Source: Mobula birostris (lineage: Eukaryota). From it: DNA of 64,000 nucleotides. A program made the translations under genes and the position numbers. Under the pieces are notes generated by a model. That model was not told the origin of the DNA, ran no database searches, and saw only the letters and a program-made list of their open reading frames with translations. This document shows, piece after piece, positions 50,380 to 63,479 of this stretch. The stretch is taken from the NCBI RefSeq assembly GCF_030028105.1, contig NC_092397.1:22702630-22766629 (forward strand), given 5' to 3'. Numbering within the stretch: the first letter of the stretch is position 1; each line of letters begins with the position of its first letter.

Positions 50380-53300
50380 TCCCACAAAGAGGTTCAGTGT
50401 TGCCCTGTCTCTGGTAGGAACTTCGAAATACTGATTGAGAAGAATCTCCTGGGCACATTGAATAAATTCTGATCCACCAAACCCTTGGCATTACGGCTGT
50501 CCCAGTCAGCATGAGAGAAGTTGAAATGTCCCTCTATTACAACCTTGTTGACTCCTGATATTTGATGGCCAATAATACAATCCCATCAAAACATCCTAGA
50601 ACACCACAGCACAGTACAGGCCTTTCAGCCCTCGATGTTGTGCCGACCCTTAGATTCCTTTCAAAAAAGTACTAAACACACACTACTCCGTAATCCTCTA
50701 TTTTTCTTTCATCCATGTCCCTGTCCAAGAGGCTCTTAAATTACCCCTCATGTTTTAGCCTCCCACCGTCCCTGGCAAGTCATTCCAGGCACTCACAACC
50801 CTCTTTAAAAAAAGAACTACCCCTAATGTCTGCCCTAAACTTCCCTCCCTTGACTTTGTCCATATGCCCTCTGGTGTTTGCTATCCCTTCCTTACTTCAA
50901 TATTATTGGGACAATCTCCAAGTACCACTGAGATGTTCTCCCTGATCAAGCACATTTCTCCCTCCTCTTCCCTGCACTCCATCATACCTGTAGCATTTGT
51001 ACTGTGAAATGTCACAGGTATTTGTAGCATTTGTTGCCCCTCGCACAACCATTTATCGTTCGGGATATAATACCCCAGCCTCGTGCATGAATCCATGCCC
51101 GGGGCCATCTGCTGTTCATAAACACAGGACAGTACAGGGGTGGAACTTTGGCTCTTCTCTACATATTCCTGTGCCTGTCTGAGATTTCCTTAAATACTCC
51201 TGTGTTCTCTGCCTCTGCCACCACCCCTGGCAGTGCATTCAAAATCTCCACTACTCTGTTTTCTTCACTTCCCTCTTCTGACATTAAATACATGCCTACT
51301 GGTAGAAGGCATTTCACTCCTGTGAAAAGTATTGCTAGCTATCTACACCAACTATGACCTGCAAAATTCTATAAATTTCTATCAAATCTCTCATGAGCCG
51401 ATGCCACAACAGAAAAAAAGCTTCAGCATGTACAGCCTCTCCTCACCGCACACCACCTCCAGACCAGACATCCTGGTAAACCACCTCTGCAGCTGCTCCA
51501 CATCCTCCACACGCTTCCAATAATGAGGTGACCAGAACTGAGCACTGTACTCTCAATGTGGCCTCACCAGCTTTTAGAAACCTGTAACATAATGTCCTGG
51601 TGCTTGAACTCAATGCCTTGCCTGAGGAAGACAAACATGCCATACACGACTTCACCTCCCTGTCAACCTGTGCTCGCAGTTTCAGTGAGACTGTATGCTT
51701 GGACCCCATCATCCTTCTCTTTGTCAATACTGTTAATGTTCCTACCATATCAGCAACCGTTCGATATCCTGCTGTATCGTTTGGAACTCTTCTGTGCAAT
51801 GCACAGTGTTCACAAATCTGTGTGCCATCTTACTCACCCACACTACCACATTCTTATCCACATCATCTATATCACGAGTTACCAATGTCCCAGTACAAAC
51901 GTCTCTGGTTGACGACTCATCACAGACCTCCACCTAGAACAGGACCCATGCACCACTAACCACTCCCTTCCATGGGAAAGACAATCTGCCACATCACTGT
52001 GGACCCATCCTAAACTCCTTGTTGAGCCTACCATGTGGGACCTTGTCGAACACCTCACCCTGTTTGATTTCAGCTTCCTAAACCTTACAAATGCTTTTTC
52101 CTCCTCCTTGACTAAATTAATTTCCTCTCTGATCATCCAAGGTTCCTGTACCTTGCTGACTTTGACCCTCCCTCTCACTGGAACAAACTGGCCCTGAAAC
52201 ACTGTGCAGCTGGTCTTTAAAAAAACTCCATGTCAGATGTGGATTTGCCTCAAAATCTATCCTTACAGCATTACTGTGCATGACATCAAACTCAGCTTCA
52301 ATCTCTCCATTCAGTGACTGGTGTTCCGGTTCACATCCCCCTGTCAATCTCGTTTCAGCCTTCCCAGGGAGCAGCGATGAACCTCATGATACTGACCCGC
52401 CTCCAGTGAAGGTGCAAACCATCCCTCTTGTACAGGTCACCAGAAGAGGTTCCAATGATCCAGAATCCTGAAACCTGCCCCTGCACCAGCTCCTCAGCCA
52501 CACATTCATCTGCTCTAACTTTCTGTCCCTAACACCACGACCACACGGCACTGGGATTTACCCGGAGATTACAACCCTTCAGGACCCGCTCTTTAACTTC
52601 TTCCCTAACTCTCTATATTCACTGTGTGGGACCCATTCCCTTTTCTGCCTGTCCATTAGAAACTGACATCAACCACCACCTCCGGCTCAATGAACACTGA
52701 CCCCCCGGTTCTGTATCTGCTCTGAGACGTCCCTGACCCTGGCACCAGGGAAGCAACACACGATCCAGAATCTCTCACTGACGTCCACCAACTCATCTAT
52801 CCATTTACCCAGAACGATCACCCTGGCTGACGGCCCTCACCCCGTAAGCTTCAGAGCCAGTCTCAGTGACAGGACATCCCCCAGCAGTAGCAAAAAGAGG
52901 TTCAGTGTTGCTGAGGGGAATGGCCACAGGAGCTTGCTGTACTGAGGGCCTGTTCCCGTTACCTCTCCTTGCAGTCACTCAGCTACCTGCTGCCTGTACC
53001 TCAGGAGAGACCACCTCACTGAAACTCCAATCTGTAATGCACTCAGTGCCCTGTCTGGTCCTCAGTATGTCCACCTTCAGCTCCACTTCCTTCATACAGT
53101 CAGTGAGGAGCTGGATCTGGGTGCACATCCCACGGTGTAGTCCTCAGGGACACTGAGAGTCTCCTTTGTGTCACAAGGCCCACAGGGTGAACACACAGGT
53201 GCCCCAGCTGATTTACTCCACTGTCCTCATTCTGAAAGTAAAGCAGGAAAGCATAACTTCTCAGATCTTAACAGTCTGTCTTCTCAGCCTCCTCTCACTG

Positions 53301-55430
53301 AAGCCTCTCAAGCAAACGCTTCAACTCCCCAGCGTTACATTAAATCTTGCCTCATTGTTGTGGGCCAAGGGACCTGTCCTGTACTGTTCTATGTTCTTCT
53401 ACCTATGTACTAAATTTTAGACATCAGTGTTATGGGGAAAGGCTTTTCACTGTCTGTCCTAACAACACCCCTCACAATCTGGCACACCTTCTCAGATTCT
53501 GCTCCTTTCTGAGGAAAGGAAACTCAAGCCATCCAATCTCACATCATTGATTGGAAGGGGACACTAGCAGGGATGACGGCAGAGTTGCAGTGGCTTGAAT
53601 TTCTGGGAAAAAGTTGGATGGTGCAGAACAGATAGTTCCCTTGTAGAAGTAGTAGTATTCTACAGTCAGGATAATGCAGATTTGACAATGGAAATCTTTA
53701 TCCAACATATAAGCCAAAGACAAAATTAGAGCGAAAATTAGTGGGAAGTTAAGAGAACTAGGAAGCTTTTTAAAACCAACGAAGTCAACTGAAAAGCCAT
53801 AACGAGGGGTAAAAGATGGAATACAAAGGTCAGCTAGCCAATAGTAGTAAAGAGGATACCAAACGTTTACTCAGATATATGAAGAGCAAAATGGAATTGA
53901 GAGTAGATATCAGAGCGCAGAAAGCTGATGCTGGAGAGGTAGTAACATGGTTCAGGGAAATGACAGACAAACTGAATAAGTATTTTGCATCAGTCTTCAC
54001 TGTGGATGACAAAAGCAGTATGCTGGAAGTTCAAAAGAGTCAGAGGGCAGAAGTGAGAGAAGTTGCCATTTCTAGAAGGTGTTTGTGAACCTGAAAGATC
54101 TGAAGGTAGATAAATCACCGGGACCAGATTGTCTACAACAGTGCTATGAAAGTGCTGCTTGAAGAGATTGTAGAGGCATTTGAAATGATTCTCCAAGAAT
54201 CACTGGATCCTGGCATGGTTCCAGAGGACAGGAAAATTGCAAATGTCAGTCCACTCTTAAAGAAGGGAGGGAAGCAGAAGCTAGAAAATCACAGGCCAGT
54301 TAGTCTGACCTCAGTGATTGCAGAGATGTTGAAGTTGATTGTTAAGGACGTGTTTTGGGGGTACTTTAAGGCACATGATAAGCCATAGTCAGCATGGTTT
54401 CCTTGAGAGAAAATCTTGGCTGCCAAATGTGTTGAAATTCTTTGAAGAAATAACAAGCAGGATAGACAACGGAGAATCAGTGGATGGGTGGGTGTTGTTT
54501 ACTTGGATTTTCAGTGGACATTTGACAAGGTGCTGCACATGAGACTGCTTAACAAGTTAAGAGCTCATGATGTTACAAGAAAGATACAGGCTGATTTCCA
54601 GGAGTCAGAGTGGTAATAAAATGAGCCTTTGCTGATTGGCTGCAGGGATCTACAGGGATCATTTTTAGGACAGCTTCTTTTTACGCTATATGTCAATAAT
54701 AATTTGAATAGCGAAATTGATGGCTTTGTGGCCAAGTCTGAGGACATTACAAAAATAGGTGGAGAGGCAAATAGTGCTGAGGAAGCAGAGAGGCTACAGA
54801 AGGTCTTAGACAGATTACGAGAATGGATAATTATTGGCAGATGGGATACAGTGTCGAGAGGACTAGAATAGAAGAGCCAATGACGTAATGTTGAGGCTTT
54901 ATAAGGCTCTGGGAAGGGCTCACTTGGAGTATTGTGAGCAATCCTGGGCCCCTTATCTAAGAAAGTGTGTGAAGGTTCAGAGGACATTCACGAGAATGAC
55001 TCTGGCATTGAAAGGGTTAATATATGAAGACCATTTGATTGCTCTGGGCCTGTACTCACCAGAATTCAGATGAATGAGAGGAATCTCATTGAAACCTCTT
55101 GAATGTTGAAAGGCTGTGGTAGAGTGGATATGGAGATGATGTTTCCTATGGAGGATCAGAGGCATGGCCTCAGAATAGAGGGACATCCAGTTAAACAGAG
55201 ATGAGGAGGAATTTCCTGCCAGAGAGTGGAATTCAACACCAGAGGTGACTGTGGAGACTGTCATTGAGTATATTTAAAGCAGAGGTTGATAGTTTCTTGA
55301 TTCGTCAGGGCATAAATGATTACAGGGACTAATCAGGAGATTGGGGCTGACAGGGAAATGGATGAAATGGCAGAGCAGACTCAATGGGCCAAATGGACTA
55401 ATTCTGCTCCTGTATTTTATGGTCTTACAA
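50380..55430. mobile_element. Decayed CR1 fragments (- at about 50380-53200, + at about 53550-55430)
   Basis: EN segment FLNQYFEVPTRDRATLNL on minus; VPEDRKIANVSPLLKKGG and LYKALGRAHLEYCEQSWAP on plus. Confidence 0.75.
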
Positions 55431-55569
55431 TGGAAGAGCTCCATCCCAGACAACATCCTGGTTAAGCTGCTCTACACTGTCAGGGAGGTTCATTCTGCTC
55501 CCTGGGATTGGCAGGGGGATGGGGACTGGAGCACCAGGTCACAGACTACAGTGCAATCATGTTCCTCCT

Positions 55570-55787
55570 ACACTCACAACACGCTGGAGGAACTCAGCAG
55601 GCCGGGCAGCATCCGTGGAAAAGATTGGTTGACGTTTCGGCCCAGAACCCTTCGTCAGGTCCTGACGAAGGATTCCGGCCCGAAACGTCGACCGATCTTT
55701 TCCACAGATGCTGCCCGGCCTGCTGAGTTCCTCCAGCGTGTTGTGAGTGTTGCTTTGACCCCAGCATCTGCAGATTATTTTGTGTTT
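55570..55787 (+). mobile_element. Palindromic Penelope-terminus element with minimal hammerhead ribozyme
   Basis: Near-perfect palindrome 55570-55750 centred on 55660; flanking direct repeat atgttcctcctaca at 55559-55572 and 55788-55801; plus-strand core ggtc-CTGACGA-a-ggattccggccc-GAAACGTC-gacc at 55658-55693. Confidence 0.85.
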
Positions 55788-58315
55788 ATGTTCCTCCTAC
55801 AGTGTGTTCACCAGAACTGCACGCAGTATGTAGCGGTGTGGGAAACCAAATATTATCAAGCCGGTGCCTGACACATCTTTGTTACTCTACTATCTCTTTA
55901 TTTTCTGCCATTAACTCCCGCACCATCTCCTAGACTCACTGTGCTTTACCAATTAAGCTAAAATTCTCAGCAATAAATTGATTCATATTAAACATCTCAG
56001 CATTAGTTTTTCTATCTGTCTAGCTTCATACCTTGCTCATTTCAATTTTCCACATCTTTATTGTTTTCTTTTACAAGAGGTTCATTTTCCCTCCCAATTA
56101 CAGATTGTTTTCCAATCAATATTAAACAGATTAATATCAAAATATTAAACAGAACATAGTATTAATACAAAGCTATTGGGATTACATTGTTAATGACTAG
56201 CATATGTAAATATAAACTCAGTTAACACACGGATATTAAACCTCCCAAAAATTCTCAAAATACAAATATAAGAAAAAAAAAGTAGAAGTATCATGAAAAA
56301 AAGAAAAAAAAACAAAATGCCCCAAAGTAAAAACTAATCTAAACAATACTAATCAACTAAACTAAAGAAAAGAAAAAGACATGGGCTGTTCTGTTACATC
56401 AAATAAGACCGTTAGTGTCAATAACTCTGCCCCTCTCTCCTTATATTTGAAAGCAATAGAATAGGTTTGGAAAAGGTCAAATTACATCATATGGAAGTGT
56501 TGAATAAATGGCCTCCAGGTCTTTTTGAATTTAATAGAAGGATCATAAATGACACTTCTAATTTTTTCTAAGTTTAAACACAATATAGTTTGAGAGAACC
56601 AATGAAATGTAGTGGGAGGTGTAATCTCCTTCCAATTTAGCAAAATGGATCTTCTAGCCATTAATGTAACAAATGCAATTATCTGACAAGCTGAAGAGGT
56701 TAAATGATTTGGTTCTATCATTGGTAAACCAAAAATTGCAGTAATAGGGTGAGGTTGTAAATCAATACACAGAACAGTTGAAATAATATCAAAGCTATCT
56801 TTCCAATAATTTTTCAAAGAAGGGCATGACCAGAACATATGAGTTAAAGAAGCAATCTCTGAGTGAGATCTATCCCATACATGATTTAAACTGTATCAGT
56901 GCATGTTTAGCACATATAGAGGAAGAATTAACTAATTGAAGAACTTTTTTCCTATTTTTCAATTGGTAAAGTAATCTTAAATTCCCTTTCCCAACCATTC
57001 TTAATTTTATTACATAAGTCTGGATGTATTTTCATAATTATATTATAAATAGTTGCTATTGCACCTTTCTGAAATAGATTTAAATCTAAAAGTTTTCCCA
57101 AAATATCCATTGGATCTAGATTCAGAACGGGAGGAAGAACAGTGTTTTAAAAGTTTCTAATCTGTAAATATCTAAAGAAATAGGATCTAGGCAAATTATA
57201 TTTATTAGATAATTGTTCAAAGGACATGAAACAATTATCCAAAAATACATCAGAAAATCATAATATACCTTTGATTTTCCAAAACAAATAGGCTTGATCC
57301 ATAATAGAGGGATCAAAAAAATATTAGATATAATAGGGCTTGCTAGAATAAATCGATTCAACCCAAAATAATTTCAAAATTGGAACCATATTCGTAAAGT
57401 GTACTTAACTGTTGGATTATCCATTTGTCGATGCAATTTAGAAAGAACAAAGGGAAGCAAAGTCCCTAAAACCCAATTACCCAGTTTCCCTTGGGATCAA
57501 TAAAGTATATCTATCTATCTATCTAAAATAGAACCCAATGAAAACCCTTGTACAGATTTACATTCAAGATTTACCCAATGTAGACTTGAAATTATGTCCG
57601 AGTCCCAGGTCCAAAATTTTAAATGTCGAATATTAATTGCTCAATAGTAAAATCTGAAGTTCAGCAATGCCAGACCACCCTCCTTTTCAGACTTCTGTAA
57701 ATATTTTTTACCTAACATAGGATTTTTATTCTGCCATATATATGAAGACATTTTAGAATCAATATTATCAAGAAAGGATTTCATAATAAAAATTGGCACC
57801 ACTTGAAATAAATATAATAATCATCTTGATAGCATTGATCCAACCTATCAATGACAGATATTGGTGACCATTTCGTAAACAGATGTTTAATCAGATCAAT
57901 TAAAGGTAAAAAATTAGCCTTAAATAAATCCAAGATATAAATATAATCTGTCCATGGATATATGCTTTAAAAGTGTCCCATAATGTTCCGCTGGAAATTT
58001 CTTCCATAATATTAGTTGAAAAGAAGAAATCAATCTGTTCCTTGATAAATTTAATGAAATCCAAATCTTGAAGCAGATTGGAATTAAACCACCATTGTCC
58101 AGTATTAGGAGACGTATCGATCAACTTGATAGAAAGTTTCATTGGTGCATGATCAGAAATGGAAATAATGTCACAGTTACAGTCAATCACAGAAGGAATT
58201 AAACGAGAATCAATAAAAAAGCAGTCAATTCTAGAATAAGTATGATATACATGTGAGAAGAATGAAAACCCTTTATCCTTGGAGTGTAGAAATTTCCAAA
58301 TTTCTGACATTCCAG

Positions 58316-59212
58316 TGTCACATCCCCCATGACGGGAATATAGAACCAGCAGAGATTGAAAACACTTTGGAGTCCGGTATTGCTACTAACTAATAATATT
58401 TATTAGTAACTACACAATACAGTAGAATAAATGTAGATAAATCAAACAGGTTAGCAATGATTATATAAGTATATCAGTAAGTGTGGAAATATATGTATGA
58501 AAAACCAGGCTTCTTAAAGTCTAGGGGTAAAAAGATACAATCTTACAATGATGAGTAAAGTTCAGTTCAGTTCAGTTTGTGGTATGGAGAGAGAGAGGGA
58601 GAGATTTGAGTCTTCAGGTGAGCTGACGCCGTCGATCTTCTCGTTGTCCTTCGAAATCCTTTAAAGGTCACCGACTGTGACTTTAACAAAGGGGACCAGT
58701 TTTCTATGGTGGAGCTATCCCCCAGGCAAGGGTGGAGACATGGACAACTCCCCACCAGTCAACACTTTTCCTCTTTCCACTGCAAGAGCGATGGATCGAT
58801 CCTCCAAATCCACTTTTCCTGCGGGCACAACGCTCATTCAATGTCCAGAACATGTGTCGGAAGTCTATCATCTGACCTCCTATTTTATCTTCCCGTGCTG
58901 AGCCTCAGCTGTCACTCAAATAACTGCTCCTTCCTCACTCTGTGAAGAAATGCACAAGCAGGAGAACTGTCCTTGAGAAGTATCAACAACCTGTCTTCAG
59001 TCACCATAGCAACTTACGAGCTGCTCGGTGCCATCCCTCTCTCGAACTCAGCAGAAATCCAAAAGTTAACCAGTTCTTTCTCATGCCTTAAAGTGACAGT
59101 CCAACAGTTAGTCTCCGTCTCTCTCTCTCTTTCAAAACAAGATGTTGGTGTTAAATAACTCTCTCACTTTTCAAAAGCACAGTTCATAGAGGTAATTCAG
59201 GACCCCGTCACA
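58316..59212 (-). mobile_element. Solo LTR (897 bp), probably Gypsy-type
   Basis: TG...CA termini with 4-bp TSD CCAG (58312-58315 and 59213-59216). Removing it restores the L1 frame MIESG-MSEIW. AATAAA on the minus strand near 58400. Confidence 0.85.
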
Positions 59213-59303
59213 CCAGATTCAATCATAAAAGAGTTCATAAGAGTAGCCAACACATTTGGTAAAGCCTGACTAGATATAGATCTATCCATCAAAGGATTTA
59301 AAC

Positions 59304-60465
59304 CAGGGGTCCCCAACCTTTTTTGCACTGCAGACTGGTTTAATATTGACAATATTCTTGCGGACCCGCCGACATCGGGCGGGGGGGGGCGCGGTCTAGG
59401 GTTGCCAATGGGCAAGAGTAGCAGTCAACTACGTTGTGTTTACCCCAAGAAAGACTACACTGACCATGAAGCCTTGTGCGGGCACCAACATGCATGCGTT
59501 TACATGCCTTTCTTTTCCACAAATCATTTTTGGCAATTCTGTTTGGGGGGGAGGGGTGTTAATCACGACCAGAATATAGGTGATGAGTGGCTAATATACT
59601 CAATTTCGTTTCTAAAAGTATTTATCTAATGAATTTAATATTAAACACACAGCACATATTTTCCTCGCATGAATATAGTCATAAGCCAATTATCAGGGGA
59701 GGACAGGGGAGCTTGAAGTAAGCGTTGAACAAACTTCCAGTAGAAGTTGTAGAGGCAAGTTTGATATTATCATTTAAAGAAAAATTAGATAGGTATATGG
59801 ACAGGAAAGGAATGGAGGGTTATCGGCTGAGTGCAGGTCAGTGGGACTAGGTGAGAGTAGCGTTCGGCACGGACAAGAAGGGCAGAGATGGCCTGTTTCT
59901 GTGCTGTGATTGTTATATAGTTATTTAAGTCACTTATAAGTCAATAGCATCATATCATTTTAAGTAATGTTTGGATATTAAACACAGCACATATTTTCCT
60001 CATAAGAACATACAAAATCATTGCTACACACCAATATCGCTGAATCAGTGGGAGCCCTGGGCTTGTTCCCGACAACAAGTCAGTCCTATCGAGGGGTGAT
60101 GGGTGGCAGCAATACTCAAAGGGGATTCTTTACATCCCACCTATTCCGCGATTTAGTTTTTGTTGCATTCATTGCAGAGATATGTTGGAAATGGAAGCAA
60201 CATTTTCAGTGCTTTCATAGCTATCTCAGGATATTTGGCCTCGACTTTGATCCAGAATGCCGGCAGAGATGTTATGTCAAACATACTTTTCAGCCCACCG
60301 TCATTTGCAAGCTCGAGGAGTTGATCTCCTTCCCGCGCTGACATGGATGACGCGCGGGTAATGGCCTCGTGTGCATTCAAGCTCAACAGTGGGCGTGACA
60401 TGGAATGAGGAAAGGTGCAGCTGATTCATATCGTTTACTCGCGGCCCGGTGGTTGGGGACCGCTG
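59304..60465 (-). mobile_element. hAT-Charlie/Buster non-autonomous transposon
   Basis: TIRs CAGGGGTCCCCAACC / GGTTGGGGACCGCTG, 8-bp TSD ATTTAAAC (59296-59303 and 60466-60473), hAT dimerisation remnant SLPAFWIKVEAKYPEIAMKALKMLLPFPTYLC. Confidence 0.92.
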
Positions 60466-62649
60466 ATTTAAACAACAATTAAAATCAGCACTCATTATCA
60501 ACATATAATCATTTAAATTAGAAGGAAAAGTAAATAATTGCTTAAAAATTAAGGATAGTCCACGTTTGGAGTGTAGACATTAAGCATAATTACTTTTCTA
60601 TCAAAAAGTAACCCAGTAATCACCAAAAATCTGCCATTTGGATCTATAAAAAAAATGTCTGATGTACAAAATGTCATTGAGGAACCTATAAAAATCGAAA
60701 CTCCTTTCAATTTGGCCTGAGATATCCCTTCCGAACGCTGATTATCCTCTTTCCTCACGAGTTTCTTGAGCAAAAATAATATGAACATTCAGTCTATGGA
60801 ATACTTTAAAACCCTTTTGCCATTTAATCGGATGGTTTAAACCGTTTGTATTCCAAGAGACAAAATTAATAGTCTGAACTATATTTTCCTAGAATCCACC
60901 CTTTGGTATGTAAAAAGTGAACCAAAATGTAAACTCATGAAATCGGAAGAGGAACAAAAATTCAGAAAGGAACCGGAAGTAACGACCTGCAGACATTTTT
61001 GTAGTTCTAATTTAGCCAAGTATTTTTGTAGTTCTAATTCAGCCCATTTGAAAAAAAATAAAAGTAGAAATCCCCCCATCCTCCATCCATAAAGACCCAA
61101 AACTAAGCCAAGAAAAGGTCAGAAAATAAGCTAAGACTAAATCTACCCCCATTTCACCAGAAGGCAGCTCAAAAGGTATATGTTGAAAAGAAAACCACGC
61201 AAAATCCAAAAAAAATACACTATGGCAACAACACAAAAAAATTAACACATATAATAAAATATCTTAATATTTTAATTTCTGAAAAAAGTAAGCGCCAGTA
61301 CATATTATTATTTACAAATATAAGCAATTAAAAATGGTATTTGAAAAAGAAAGGTATTATGGGAAGAGGAAGGCAAAACGCCATCTTGGTTATACGAAGG
61401 GAAAACACAGGGTAAGTTCCCCCAGTGAGATAAAAAAATAACATAAAACCATTAAACGTTAGTTTGAAAAATTATAAATTTAAAAATTAACAAAATGGGC
61501 AAAAAAAAACAAATTCATCAACAAGAAAAAAAAATTAACTCATATGAAAAACACTTCCACTACCAACCAAAAACAAAAATCTTGAACTTATAAAGGTCCA
61601 TCTTCGTAAGTTAATTATAGGCTTTAAAAAAAAACACGTAACAGCAAAACCAATAGTACCAGAGCCATGCATTAATTAGTCCGTAGCAGTTCGATACCAC
61701 TCATCCAAGAAAGTTTGAACAGCACTTGTGGAATGAAAGATACGGCGTGGTCCGTTCGGAGGAGTAATTCTTAAACGCGCAGAATACAACAAAGCTGGTC
61801 TGAGACCTTTTTGGTAACATCCGACATCGGAGATTTGAAAGCCAGCCGTTCCTTCATCACTATTAGACTGAAATCTTCAAAGAGACGGAATTCATAATCT
61901 TGAAATTTAATCATACCTTGCCGACGGGCAATTCGGACGAGATGCTCTTTAACGTGAACATAATGGATTTCGACGAAGTGTACGGTGAACACGATCAAGC
62001 AATGAAGGGTCGTCCGGGAATTCAGAGCTAAAACGCATCCTTTAAAAGTTAGGAAAACAATTTTAAAGGGTCCCCTTCCTCGACATCCTCGGGGAAACTA
62101 ATTATAAGTGGATCGATTTTCAAGATCAATAATCTTGGATTTAAAAAGCTTCAGTTCTTTAGACGTCGAAGACAATTTTTGTTCCAAACTCTCAATTTTC
62201 AGATCTTTCTTCCGAGCTGCGTCGTTCAATTCTGCAATTTTGCTTTGTTGCTGCTTAATTTGGTAACGAAGCGATTCCAAAGAATCCTTAAGTGACTTCA
62301 AGTCTTCAAAACTTCTACGTTCTTCCTCAAATTTTTCACTTAAAAAATTCAACAATGTTGAATAAGTTAATCCAGTTTGCTTAGGTTCACCTTCTTCCGT
62401 CCTGTTACCGTCGGAATCTTTCCCATTTTCAGGATCTGGCACTTTAGACCTTGTACTTATTTCTTTGCTCATTTCTTCAAATTTCACAATCAAAGCTCAA
62501 GGATAATTCAAGTGTAGGTAAAAATAAATTAAATAAGGGTGATCATAGGTTAAAACAAAGTAACGGTGATGGACCGGAGCCAAAATTAACCTCACTCCAT
62601 GAGCGCCTCCTGGGGATCCAGACAGCAAAATCACTGCACAGTGACGGCC

Positions 62650-63288
62650 CGCTGCCGCTCCTCTGATTGACAGCTACATCGCTCCTCCTCCCGGGCTGCG
62701 GCCGCGATGTCACGTGACAGGACAGCATCTTGCGGAAAGACGTCTCAGAGCCAGAGTGCAGTCTTTGAAAAGTCCCCAGGGTCGGGGAGGGCTCTGGACC
62801 CGGGGTCGAGTTGAGGTTTCCCCCGCCAAGCGGCCCTTTTTCATGAAGAGTACGTTGACCCATTTGCAGCTTTACCAGCGGCTCCTCTGATTGACAGCTT
62901 ACTCTGCCCCGCCTCCTGGGCCGCTGCCTTCCCGTCCCGTTGCCGAGTCGCTGCCTGTGACGTCACAGAGAAGCACATGGACCGTGAGACTCGTTTCCAT
63001 GGCAACGGGCCGCGGAGGCGGGAGGGGGAGCGCCCTGGGCCCGGGGGCGGAGGTGAGGCTTCCTCCCCCCGGCGGGGCGGCAGCGACTGAACTGAAGGGT
63101 CGGTCTGAACTTGCTGCCCTTTGGAAGAATGAGAGGTGATGGAATGGGCCACAGAGGTGATGAGACGAGCTGCTCCTTGTTCTCTGCCATTGCCATGTGG
63201 ATGTGGGAGCGGACTGGTGGACCTGACTGCGCCTCCACTGTGAACACCGGCTTCTTCTCTTCCTGCCTGCCGACCGGTAACAGTGAGT
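62650..63288 (+). promoter_or_regulatory. CpG-island promoter and first-exon module (copy B, paralog of 29360-29596)
   Basis: TGATTGACAG 62664 and 62888, GTCACGTGAC 62709, GTGACGTCAC 62957, RFX X-box GTTTCCATGGCAAC 62993-63006, GC boxes, donor ACA|GTGAGT at 63282/63283. Confidence 0.75.
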
Positions 63289-63479
63289 GTCCGTCTGAGT
63301 TTCAACACACAACACACGTGGGACAGTCCAGCACAGGGAAAGGCCCTTCAGCCCACAGTGTCTGCACTGACCACAACTGATCCCATCTGGCTGAACCTGT
63401 CCATATCCCTCCAGTCCCTGCCTGTTCGTGCCTGACCAAACACCTCTTAAACTTTACTAATTACCATCTGCCACCACAG

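Larger units (their letters stand above)
56055..62610 (-). mobile_element. L1-clade LINE, full span but internally deleted, with two nested insertions
   Basis: ORF1 coiled coil (62098-62493) and RRM/CTD-like segment (61771-61998, FRLFEDFS). ORF2 EN SWNTNGLNHPIK (about 60860), DPNGRFL, ADFNCCLN, YSRIDCFF, SDHAP; C-terminal HMFWSCPSLKNYW (about 56840). Confidence 0.88.

Noticed and set aside
62841-63317. Several overlapping 80-160 aa ORFs in the CpG island
   Set aside because: G/P/R/A-rich frames expected from high GC content; no recognisable domain.
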